Made by a program: the position numbers and the translations under genes. Shown here piece after piece: positions 8,657 through 17,654 of a stretch of 64,000 nucleotides of DNA. How positions within the stretch are numbered: position 1 is the stretch's first letter; every line of letters starts with the position of its first letter. Under the pieces are notes generated by a model. That model saw only the letters and a program-made list of their open reading frames with translations. It made no database searches and was not told the origin of the DNA. Origin of the DNA: an uncultured bacterium (lineage in GTDB: Bacteria > Verrucomicrobiota > Verrucomicrobiia > Limisphaerales > UBA8199); assembly GCA_963749495.1 (NCBI GenBank), contig CAVVMW010000006.1, forward strand, positions 832,001 through 896,000. Reading direction: 5' to 3'.

Positions 8657-9387
8657 CCTCGGGGCGGGCGAGACGGCGGCGACCTTCGACCTGAGCAACA
8701 CCACGGCATCCCCGGGGCTGAGCCTGGCTCCCGATGTGAACCCGTCGGTGTATGGGCAGGCTGTGACTCTCACGGCGACGGCGACGCCGGTTGGCGGGAC
8801 AACACCGGCGGGCCAAGTGGTATTTCGCGACGGGACCACGGAACTAGAGAGGCGGAGCCTCAGACCGTGGCTTGGGCATCTTGCCCAAGCCCCCACGGGC
8901 AGGATGCCCGTGCCACAAACTTGACTTGTCTGCATCACGTTTCGAAACTCAAGGAATCTAGGCAGCGGGACGCTCGTCGGCAGCGCGGGCAGCGCCTCCG
9001 CCCGTTTCAGCACCAGCGCACTGGCGGCGGGGATGCACACCATCACCGCCGAGTGCGCCGACTCTTCGGGTGTGAGCGGCTGCACCAGCTCGACCGTGCT
9101 GACGGTGAACCCCGCGGTGCTAGCGGCCACACCCAATAACTGGGGCCGGCAGTACGGGGCACCCAACGGGCCGACTCATCTGGATGTGTCGCACTGGCTG
9201 GACACCGGGGTGCAGGTAGTGGTGGGCGGCACGCCCGGGCAGGTCTATCAGATCCAGGCATCGGATGACCTGCTCCACTGGACAGTGCTGGAGACCGTCT
9301 CGGCAGGCCCGACCGGGGCAATCGAGCTCCCTGGACGCGGCGGCGCGCACCCGCCCGTATCGGTTCTATCGCGCGGTGCCGCAATAG
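8657..9387 (+). pseudogene. 5'-truncated secreted protein relic: bacterial Ig-like (Big_3) domain + C-terminal FYR domain
   Basis: NPSVYGQAVTLTATA...VVFRDGTTE|LGSGTL...TSALAAGMHTITA; interrupted at 8844-8961; ends RPYRFYRAVPQ* after a frameshift. Confidence 0.7.
8844..8961. repeat. 114-bp REP-containing insertion flanked by CTAG duplication
   Basis: CTAG at 8844-8847 and 8958-8961; internal GTGGCTTGGGCATCTTGCCC...GGGCAGGATGCCCGTGCCAC. Confidence 0.65.
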
Positions 9388-9420
9388 CATCCGCGCGGCC
9401 CCGGGCTGCACAGAGCCCTT

Positions 9421-9657
9421 AACAGAAGGAAACGAAGGTAACGAAGAACCAAGGCAGCTTTCCGTGAAGCGTCGCCAAGCCCGAAGGTTTTGGACTGCGC
9501 CAGTCCTCTGGCGCTTTGGTACGCACAGGGGTCGGAAAAGCGGCAGAGGGCTGCCGCAGTCCAAAACGCTTCGCGCCGGGCAACGTCCGTCCGGTTCATG
9601 GTCCCCAGCCACGATGTGAACATCTTCGAGCCTTCGTTCCCTTCGTTTGCTTCTGTT
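9421..9657. repeat. Nested REP-like composite
   Basis: AACAGAAGGAAACGAAGG... and ...CTTCGTTTGCTTCTGTT arms enclose a TTGGACTGCG.CAGTCCTCTG.CGCTTT / AAAGCGGCAGAGG.CTGCCGCAGTCCAA doublet. Confidence 0.75.
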
Positions 9658-9738
9658 CCCCTTTTCAGCGGACTTGCGCGCGGCGCCGCCGCATGAGAGA
9701 CTAATGATTCGGTTTGGCGGATGGGATGATTGCAGATT

Positions 9739-11094
9739 ATGGCGCGAGTGAGCGAGAGCCCGGACATGAAAGAAACCGACCCGTACCTCGAGAAGTTCGA
9801 GCGGTTTGAGAAGGAAACCAAGCAGCCGGCGTGGCTTTTTCCGTTGCGCAAGGCCGGCCTGGCGCGTTTTGCCGAGATGGGTTTTCCGACCCTCCAGGAT
9901 GAGGACTGGCGTTTCACCAACGTGGCGCCCATTGCGGGCCTGCCGTTCAAACCGGTCTTCGAGACCTCCCTGGACGGCCTTACGCCCGGGAGCATCACGG
10001 GGTTCACCTTCGGCCGGATGGCGGCGGCGCGCCTGGTCTTTGTGGACGGCCATTACGCGGCGGAGCTGTCGTCGCCGGGCCGGCCCCGGCCCGGGGTCGC
10101 CCTGGGCAGCCTGGCCGCCGCGCTGGGGAGCGATTCGGGGGCGCTTGAAAAGAATCTCGGGCACTGGGCGCAGGAACAGGCCGGGCCGTTTGCCGCGCTG
10201 AACCTGGCGTTCTTTCAGGACGGCGCGTTGGTCCAGGTCGCGCCGGGCAAGGTCCTGGACGAGCCGATTCACTTGCTGTTTATTTCGACGGCCAAAGAGG
10301 CCGGGGCGACCTCGCACCCGCGGAGCCTGCTGGTGGCCGGGGCCGGCAGCCGGGCTACGGTGCTGGAGAGCTATGCCAGCCTGGGCGGCGCGCCCTGTTT
10401 TGCCAACGCCGTCACCGAACTGGTCCTCGAAGAGGGGGCCTCCATCGAACACTGCAAGTTCCAGGACGAGGGCCCCGGCGCCTTCCATATCGCCGCCCTC
10501 CACGCCCAACTGGGCCCGCGGTGCAACCTGCTCTCTCACTCCATTGCCACCGGGGCCAGGCTCTCCCGCAATAACATCCATGCCACCCTGGCCGGCCCCG
10601 GCATCGAGTGCGTCCTCAACGGGCTCTACCTGACCCGCGGCGACCAACTGGCCGACCATCACATGGTCGTCGAGCACGCCGCCCCGCGCTGCGCCAGCCA
10701 CGAATTCTACAACGGCATCCTCGACGGCCGCTCCAAGGGGGTCTTCCACGGCCGCATCCTGGTCCGGCCCGACGCCCAAAAGACCGATGCCAAACAGACC
10801 AACAAGAACCTCCTGCTCTCGGAAGAGGCAACCGTGGACACCAAGCCGCAGTTGGAGATCTATGCCGATGACGTGAAGTGTACCCACGGCGCCACCGTCG
10901 GCCAACTCAATGAAGAATCCGTCTTCTATCTGCGCAGCCGGGGCCTGGGCGCCGAAACCGCCCGGCGCATGCTCATCCATGCCTTTGCCGCCGAGATCAC
11001 CGAGCGCATCCGTTGCGCGCCCGCCCGTCAGGAATTGGACCGCCTGGTCTGGGAGCGGCTCGAGGCCAACCCACGCGTGGCGCAGAAAAAGTAG
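9739..11094 (+). CDS. sufD: Fe-S cluster assembly protein SufD
   Basis: FPTLQDEDWRFT; KGVFHGRILV...QKTDAKQTNKNLLLS...DTKPQLEIYADDVKCTHGAT. Confidence 0.95.
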   Translation: MARVSESPDMKETDPYLEKFERFEKETKQPAWLFPLRKAGLARFAEMGFPTLQDEDWRFTNVAPIAGLPFKPVFETSLDGLTPGSITGFTFGRMAAARLVFVDGHYAAELSSPGRPRPGVALGSLAAALGSDSGALEKNLGHWAQEQAGPFAALNLAFFQDGALVQVAPGKVLDEPIHLLFISTAKEAGATSHPRSLLVAGAGSRATVLESYASLGGAPCFANAVTELVLEEGASIEHCKFQDEGPGAFHIAALHAQLGPRCNLLSHSIATGARLSRNNIHATLAGPGIECVLNGLYLTRGDQLADHHMVVEHAAPRCASHEFYNGILDGRSKGVFHGRILVRPDAQKTDAKQTNKNLLLSEEATVDTKPQLEIYADDVKCTHGATVGQLNEESVFYLRSRGLGAETARRMLIHAFAAEITERIRCAPARQELDRLVWERLEANPRVAQKK

Positions 11095-11103
11095 AGCACG
11101 CCC

Positions 11104-11559
11104 ATGTTCGACAACCTCAACGACCTGTATCAGCAAGTCATTCTGGACCACTGCAAGCACCCGCGCAATTTCCGCGAGCTGGGCCATCCCACCTGCTCCG
11201 CCCAGGGCCACAACCCGCTCTGCGGCGACCAGTTGAAGCTCTACGTTGCCCTGGAGAACGGGCTCCTCCAGGACATCAGCTTCGTCGGCTCCGGTTGCTG
11301 CATCTCGAAGGCCTCGGCCTCGCTCCTGACCGAGTCGGCCAAAGGCAAGACCCGGGACCAGGTCGAGAAACTCTTCGCCCAGGTGCGCGAGATGGTGACG
11401 ACCGGCCGGGTGGAAGGCGAGGTGGGCAAACTGGCCGTGTTCGCCGGGGTGCATAAGTTCCCCGCCCGCGTCAAGTGCGCCATCCTCCCCTGGCACGCCC
11501 TGATGGCCGCCCTCAAAGGCCAAGGCCAGCCGGTGACGACGGAGTCGGAAGAGGCATGA
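11104..11559 (+). CDS. sufU: SUF NifU-family scaffold/sulfur transfer protein
   Basis: LYQQVILDHCKHPRN, NPLCGD, GCCISKASAS and RVKCAILPWH motifs. Confidence 0.95.
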   Translation: MFDNLNDLYQQVILDHCKHPRNFRELGHPTCSAQGHNPLCGDQLKLYVALENGLLQDISFVGSGCCISKASASLLTESAKGKTRDQVEKLFAQVREMVTTGRVEGEVGKLAVFAGVHKFPARVKCAILPWHALMAALKGQGQPVTTESEEA

Positions 11560-11605
11560 CCTGGAAGCGACAGGCAGCCCCTCATCGGCTATATTTCCAA
11601 TAGTT

Positions 11606-12154
11606 ATGAATAGCGACAAGACGACCACATTGACCCGCGACGTTGAGGCGGCCATGATCCCAATCGGGTCAATGGTCAAGCTCCAGAAAGGCGAGCGGGC
11701 CCACATCACGCAGTCGCTGGGGGGCAGCTACACCGTCATCGTCAATGGAAACTTGTTTCGGATCGAGGGCAAAGACGCCGACGCGCTGGGCCGGGAGAAG
11801 GCGGCCAAGGCCGCCGGTTCCGGCGCCCCGGTGACCCAGGAACAGCTTGAAAAGGAGATCTGGAACCAGTTGCGCTCCTGCTACGACCCGGAGATCCCGG
11901 TGAACATCGTCGACCTGGGCCTGGTTTATGACTGCCACATCACCCCCCTCGGGGCGTCCAGTTTCAAGGTGGAGGTGAAGATGACGCTCACGGCGCCCGG
12001 CTGCGGCATGGGCCCCATGCTGGCCCAGGACGTGCAAAGCCGCCTCCTGGGCCTGGAAGGCGTCGAGGACGTCGCCGTCGAGTTGGTCTGGGACCCGCCC
12101 TGGAACCAGGCCATGATCAGCGAGGCGGCCAAGCTGCAGTTGGGCTTGATGTGA
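11606..12154 (+). CDS. sufT: Putative Fe-S assembly protein SufT (DUF59)
   Basis: TQSLGGSYTV; YDPEIPVNIVDLGLVY; MTLTAPGCGMG; WDPPW. Confidence 0.9.
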   Translation: MNSDKTTTLTRDVEAAMIPIGSMVKLQKGERAHITQSLGGSYTVIVNGNLFRIEGKDADALGREKAAKAAGSGAPVTQEQLEKEIWNQLRSCYDPEIPVNIVDLGLVYDCHITPLGASSFKVEVKMTLTAPGCGMGPMLAQDVQSRLLGLEGVEDVAVELVWDPPWNQAMISEAAKLQLGLM

Positions 12155-12170
12155 GGCGAGGTGATGTGAC

Positions 12171-13424
12171 ATGTCCTCCGTGCCCCTCCAAGCTGAACCG
12201 ATGCCGGACTGGTCCGCCTTGCGGGACGACTTTCCGATCCTGGACCAAAAGGTCCATGGCTGGCCGCTGATCTATTTCGACAACGCCGCCACGACCCAGA
12301 AACCGCGGGCGGTCATCGAGGCCTTGTGCCGCTACTACGAGCGGGACAATGCCAACGTCCACCGCGGCATCCACGAACTGAGCAACCGCGCCACCGCCGC
12401 CTTCGAGGCCGCCCGCGCCCGGGCCGCCGCATTCATCCACGCGCGCAGCCCCGAGGAGATCGTCTTCACCCGCGGCACCACCGAGGGCATCAACCTCGTC
12501 GCCCAGTCCTGGGGCTCCAAGCACGTCGGGCCCGGCGACGTCCTCCTGCTCACGGAGATGGAGCACCACAGCAACATCATCCCCTGGCAACTCCTGGCCG
12601 AGCGCAGCGGCGCGCGCCTGGCCTTCCTGCCCGTGACCGGAGACATCGGTCTGCTGGACTTCAGCCGCCTGGACCAACTCCTGACGCGCCAGGTCAAGCT
12701 CCTGGCCCTGACGCACATCTCCAACTCCCTGGGGACCATCAACCCTGTGGCCGAACTGTGCGCCCGCGCCCGCGAACTCGGCGTCACCACCCTCGTCGAT
12801 GCCGCCCAGAGCGCCGGCCACCGCCCCCTGGACGTGCAGGACATCGGCTGCGATTTCCTGGTCTTCTCCGGCCACAAGATGTGCGGGCCCACCGGCATCG
12901 GCGTGCTCTACGGACGCCAGGAAATCCTCGAGGCCATGCCGCCTTACCAGGGCGGCGGCGAGATGATCCTCAACGTCGAGTTCGACCACAGCACCTGGAA
13001 ACACGCCCCGCACAAATTCGAGGCGGGCACCCCCGACATTTCCGGGGCCGTCGGGTTGCACGCCGCCATGGACTACCTGGACCGCATCGGCCGCCAGCGC
13101 ATCGCCCAGCATGACCAGGAACTGGGCGCCTATGCCTATGCCCACATTTCCCGCCTCAATGGCATCCGCCTCTTCGGCCCGCACATCGGGCGCGCCGGCC
13201 TGGTCAGCTTCCTCCTCGACGGCGTCCACGCCCACGACCTTGTCACCGTGGCCGACCAGCGGGGCGTGGCCCTGCGCGGCGGCCACCACTGCAACCAGCC
13301 CCTCATGCGCAAGCTCGGCGTCGAGTCCACCGCCCGCGCCAGCTTCTACTTTTACAACACCACCGACGAAATCGATCGCTTCTACAAAGTCCTGGTCGAG
13401 ATACAGAAGTTCTTCGGAGGGTGA
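12171..13424 (+). CDS. sufS: Cysteine desulfurase SufS
   Basis: YFDNAATTQKP; SGHKMCGPTGIG; RGGHHCNQP. Confidence 0.95.
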   Translation: MSSVPLQAEPMPDWSALRDDFPILDQKVHGWPLIYFDNAATTQKPRAVIEALCRYYERDNANVHRGIHELSNRATAAFEAARARAAAFIHARSPEEIVFTRGTTEGINLVAQSWGSKHVGPGDVLLLTEMEHHSNIIPWQLLAERSGARLAFLPVTGDIGLLDFSRLDQLLTRQVKLLALTHISNSLGTINPVAELCARARELGVTTLVDAAQSAGHRPLDVQDIGCDFLVFSGHKMCGPTGIGVLYGRQEILEAMPPYQGGGEMILNVEFDHSTWKHAPHKFEAGTPDISGAVGLHAAMDYLDRIGRQRIAQHDQELGAYAYAHISRLNGIRLFGPHIGRAGLVSFLLDGVHAHDLVTVADQRGVALRGGHHCNQPLMRKLGVESTARASFYFYNTTDEIDRFYKVLVEIQKFFGG

Positions 13425-13489
13425 GGCTGCGGAAATTTGCGCATTGCGCGCGGGGCGGAGCGGGTATAGTCTGGACGCTTTAGAACGAT

Positions 13490-14498
13490 ATGAATCGCAA
13501 ACCGCACGTAGGCATTGTCGGCGCGACAGGCGCCGTAGGCATCGAGATGATCCGGACCTTGGAGAGGCGCAATTTCCCGGTGGGGAAGTTGACGTTGCTC
13601 GCCTCGGCGCGCTCGGTGGGCAAGCGCCTGAGCTTCGGGGCGGAGACGGTGCCGGTGAAGGAGTTGACGCGGGATGCGTTTGCTGGGATGGACCTGGCGC
13701 TGTTCAGCGCGGGGGCCGCCATCTCCAGGGAATACGCGCCCCTGGCGGTCAAGGCCGGGTGCGTGGTGGTGGACAATTCGAGCGCCTTCCGGATGGACAA
13801 CCAGGTGCCGCTGGTCGTGCCCGAGATCAACAGGGCGGACATCAAGGAGCATCACGGCATCATTGCCAACCCGAACTGCACGACGGCCGTCACGCTGATG
13901 GCGCTCTACCCGCTGCACCGGGCCTTCGGCTGCAAACGCATTTTCGCCTCCAGCTACCAGGCCGTCTCCGGCACCGGCGCCAAGGCCATCGCCGAACTCG
14001 AACGCCAGGTCGCTCAACTGGTCAAGGGCGAGCCGGTCACGCGCTCGGTCTATCCCCACCAGATCGCCTTCAACGTGCTGCCGCACGTGGACGCCTTCCT
14101 GCCCTCCGGTTACACAAAGGAAGAGATGAAGATGGAGAACGAGGGCCGCAAGATCATGCACCACCCAACCTTCCGGGCCAGCGTCACCTGCGTGCGGGTG
14201 CCCGTGTACCGCGCCCACTCGGTCGCGGTCAGCGCCGAGTTCGATAAACCCGTGTCGGTCCAGGCCGCGCTCGAGGTGCTCCTCAAGGCGCCCGGGCTCG
14301 AACGTCATCGATAACCCGGCCAAGTGCCAATACCCGCTCCCGCTCTGCCAGGCGGAGAAGGACAACTGCGCCGTGGGACGGCTCCGCAAAGACTGCGCGA
14401 TGGACAACGGCCTGTGCTTCTGGGTCTCAGGTGACCAACTCCTGCGCGGCGCCGCACTGAACGCTGTCTTGATCGCCGAGGAACTGCTGCCCAAGTGA
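13490..14498 (+). CDS. asd: Aspartate-semialdehyde dehydrogenase (frameshift near 14301)
   Basis: GATGAVG, NPNCTT and SYQAVSG motifs. The C-terminus (DNPAKCQYP...GDQLLRGAALNAVLIAE) continues in a shifted frame to TGA 14496-14498. Confidence 0.93.
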
Positions 14499-14555
14499 AA
14501 CGTGAAACGTGATGCGTGAAACGTAATGCGTGAAACGTAATGCGTGAAACGTGAC
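14497..14555. repeat. Heptamer tandem repeat (GAAACGT/AATGCGT)
   Basis: gaaacgtgaaacgtgatgcgtgaaacgtaatgcgtgaaacgt... Confidence 0.8.
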
Positions 14556-14585
14556 CTCAACGCGGTCCGTGTTATCCCGGCGGGT

Positions 14586-14884
14586 GCGTCGCGGAGCGAC
14601 GGAGTGAAGGTAGCCGTGGACCTCGGTCCACGGTTCGGGGCGTCGGAAGAGCCTCGCGTCGCGTAGCAACGCCTGACAGCGTCGCGGTTTTCAGGCGTCG
14701 CTACGCGACGCGGTCGAGTTTGGGCCATGGGTCCGTGGACTGGAAGTCCACGGCTACCATCGGGCACCGCTACGCGGTGAGCCGGACGCAGCGTGCGCGT
14801 CGCGGAGCAACGGAGTGAAGGTAGCCGTGGACCTCGGTCCACGGTTCGGGGCGTCGGAAGAGCCTCGCGTCGCGTAGCGACGCC
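14586..14884. repeat. Tandem alternating REP-like hairpin units (GTAGCCGTGGAC...GTCCACGG family)
   Basis: Three units in alternating orientation; near-identical family at 45770-46012. Confidence 0.8.
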
Positions 14885-14928
14885 CGAGGATTGCGAGGCT
14901 GCCACGGGGACTCCAGGGGCGATTCACA

Positions 14929-15006
14929 AACGCAGAGACGCAAAGAACGCGGAGATCGGTGCCGTCTGCCTTGTCTCATCTCTGCGTTCTTCGCGTCTCT
15001 GCGTTT
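14929..15006. repeat. Inverted repeat doublet AACGCAGAGACGC... / ...GCGTCTCTGCGTT
   Basis: Long imperfect hairpin between converging asd and dacB. Confidence 0.65.
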
Positions 15007-15037
15007 TCATTGCGCCTGCGAATCCGCCTTGTGCTCC

Positions 15038-16782
15038 CTACTCCGCCCTTCCAGTGAGGCCCGCCAGCATCACGGCCACGGCGTCCAGGTCGGCTCGGGG
15101 CGGGTGGTTGGGGTCGGGGGCGTGATAGCGGTTGAGCATGAGGCAGAAGGCGAAGCGCTCGCCGGCGGCGGAGGTGGCGTAGCCGGAGAGTGAGTGGGCC
15201 CAGCGCAGGCTGCCGGTCTTGGCGCGGACGTTGCCGGCGGCGGGGGTGTTTTTCATGCGGTTCTTGAGCGTGCCGTCCACGCCGGCGACGGGCAGGGCCT
15301 GGAGGAAGGTCTGGGCGCAGGGGTGGCGGCTCATGAACTGGAGCAGCGTAACGGTCGCATTGGGGGTCGCGAGATTGTCGCGGGACAGGCCGGAGCCTTC
15401 TTCGAGGAACACCTCGCCGCGCTTGATGCCGGCGCGGGCCAGGAACTGGTTGAGCTCGCGGATGCCCAGTTCCTCCGAGGTGCGGCCCGGGGGCGTGTCG
15501 GCGGCGCGCTGCCTCTCGCCGACACAGTCCAGGAGTAGGTCGGCGTAAAGATTCTGGGAGGGCTTGAGGACTTCACGGGCCAGGTCGCGCAGGGGCGGGG
15601 ATTCCACCGCCCCGAGTTCGACCATCGCGCTGGAGTTCATCGGGCTGGCCTGGCGGTCCAGCCAATCAACGGTTCGCAGCTTGCCCTCGAGGGCGATGCC
15701 GTGGCGGGCCAGGGCCTCTCTGAACAAGGCGACGAACAGGGCGGCCGGGTTGTGAACGGTCAACTCCTCGGTGGAGGCGGGGTCTTCGAGCGGCACCTGG
15801 CCGGAGACATAGACCACGTTCTGGCCCGGCAGGCGGTAGAAGCTGAGGCTGCGCCGGCCCCCTTTGGGGACTGTCTCGGTTCGATTGCTGATGGCCAGGA
15901 AGCCGGCGGCGGCGGCCGAGAGCGTGAGCCGGCAGGGGACGCCGTCGCGTTCGCCCGGCCTGAGGGCCGCCTCCAGGACATTGTCGTTAATCGTGAGCGC
16001 AGAGAGCTCCGCGCCGTAGCCGTATTCCTGGTCGTCCCAGGCCCAGCCGGAGCCGAACTCCGGGCCGCGCAGGTAACTGGCGTCCCCGACCAGGTCGCCG
16101 GTGATGCGCCGGACGCCGGCATTGGTGAGGGCGGCGGCCAGGGGCGCCAGGGCGTTGAAAATGTCGTTGCCATGGAACCGGGCATTGAGGGTTGGGTCGC
16201 CGCGGCCATAGACGATGAGGTCGCCCGGCAGCGTACCGGTCGAATCGGGCTTGGCGTTGGCGAAGAGGGAGGTCCGAATGCGGCAATCGGGGCCGAGGCG
16301 GTCCAGGGCCAGGGCCACGGTGTAGAGCTTCGAGTTGGAGGCCGGGCTAAGGAGCTTGCCCGCGTTGTGCTCGAAGAGGGTCTTGCCGGTGTCGAGCGAC
16401 ACGATCTTCACCCCCCACAAGGCGGCCGCAAACCTGGGCTGTGAAATGCAGGCGGCCAGCCGTTCCTGCAGTTGGGCCGGCGTGGCGGCAGGGGCCTGGT
16501 CCTGCCCCGAGGCGGCGCCCGCCGCGAGCAGGCCCGCCAGGAGAATGGCTGGAAAGTGCGCTCTAGGAGCCTGTTGAAATACCCCCCCGACCCCAAAGGT
16601 CGCTTGCGTTTTGGACTGCGGCAGTCCTCTGCCGCTCTTTGAGCCCTGGGCAAGCAAAAGCGGCAGAGGACTGCCGCAGTCCAAAACCTTGCGGGATTCC
16701 GACCGGTTCGGAGCGAGGGGTCGTCCTTCTGCAGTGCATGCCCGCGGGCTCCCAGTAGTTCAACAGGCTCCTAGGCTTCATG
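15038..16782 (-). CDS. dacB: D-alanyl-D-alanine carboxypeptidase/endopeptidase PBP4; 5' end interrupted by MITE
   Basis: PASNSK (SxxK), SQN and KTG motifs; GSGLSRDN. Removing the MITE restores MKPRAHFPAILLAGLLAAGAASG from ATG at 16782. Confidence 0.85.
16563..16774. mobile_element. MITE-like element with IS5-like ends and internal REP doublet
   Basis: CTAG-GAGCCTGTTGAA (16563-16578) ... TTCAACAGGCTC-CTAG (16759-16774). Confidence 0.75.
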
Positions 16783-17379
16783 CACACGTTCAATCTGGCG
16801 CTGCTGCGCTGCGGCCAAAAACAGCATGACGCTGTCCCCGTGTCTGAGCCGCTTGACCTCGCGCCACGAATCCGGGCGGCTGAGGGTGTCGCGTTTGGCG
16901 TGGCCGAGGACCAGGAGGCCCTCGGGAGCGAGCAGGCGGGGCAGGTCCGGGTTGTCCAGCAACTGCTGCGCCCAGGAGTCCGAGCGCCGCCCCACGTTCT
17001 TTTCTCCGTAGGGCGGGTCCGCCAGGACCAGGTCATATCGCTGCCCGGCGGCGGCCAGTTGGCCCAGGACCGTGAAGACATCCTGCACGCGCACTTGGAG
17101 GGTCTCCGCGGCCAGGCCCGCGGCAGCCAGGTTCTGCCGCAGGATGTCCGCGTGGCGCGCGGATTTCTCGACGCAGACGGCCGAGGCGGCGCCGCGGCTC
17201 AGACACTCCAGGCCCAGCGCACCGGTGCCCGCAAACAGCTCCAGCACCCGCGCCCCCACCACCCGCCCGCCCAAGCTGTTGAAGACCGCCTGCTTGACCA
17301 GGTCCGGCGTCGGGCGGACCGCCAGGCCCTTGGGCACTCTCAGAATCCGCCGCGCAGCCTTTCCACCCGTGATTCGCAT
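16771..17379 (-). CDS. rsmD: 16S rRNA m2G966 methyltransferase RsmD
   Basis: MRITGG...VRPTPD.VKQAVFNSL...LELFAGTGALGLECLSRGA...DPPY. Confidence 0.9.
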   Translation of the reverse strand: MRITGGKAARRILRVPKGLAVRPTPDLVKQAVFNSLGGRVVGARVLELFAGTGALGLECLSRGAASAVCVEKSARHADILRQNLAAAGLAAETLQVRVQDVFTVLGQLAAAGQRYDLVLADPPYGEKNVGRRSDSWAQQLLDNPDLPRLLAPEGLLVLGHAKRDTLSRPDSWREVKRLRHGDSVMLFLAAAQQRQIERVHEA

Positions 17380-17408
17380 AGACGTGTCGAGTGTCGAGTG
17401 TCGAGGGG

Positions 17409-17601
17409 CGCGTGTCGAGCGCATCCTGACACTGCCCCCGGAGTGCGCCCGTCCCCGGGCGCAGCAGCGACGGAGCGGGCAGGCGCGCTGGAGTGTTTGA
17501 CCGCTGCCCTGGCTCGGGACGTCGCTGCGCCCGGGGACGGGCGCACTCCGGTCTGACCCCCGGCCGTGGGGGCAGTGTCAGGAAGCGCCCCGCGTGTCGA
17601 G
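17409..17601. mobile_element. MITE-like element with 21-bp IRs and 11-bp flanking direct repeats
   Basis: GCGCATCCTGACACTGCCCCC (17419-17439) / GGGGGCAGTGTCAGGAAGCGC (17568-17588); CGCGTGTCGAG at 17409 and 17591; internal GGAGTGCGCCCGTCCCCGGGCGCAGC doublet. Confidence 0.65.
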
Positions 17602-17654
17602 TCGAGATTTGGGATTGCGCATTTCCCGGTTCCTGGCTACTGACATTGACTAAC

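Noticed and set aside
9043..11709. Long antisense ORFs (e.g. 888 aa here; 22377-24605, 25314-27536, 47874-49976)
   Set aside because: Shadow frames of high-GC genes on the opposite strand; no recognisable motifs.
14586..14884. CRISPR array (also 45770-46012, 47572-47892, 61278-61546)
   Set aside because: Units are long, alternate in orientation or carry repeated spacers, and no cas genes are present. They are REP-like arrays.
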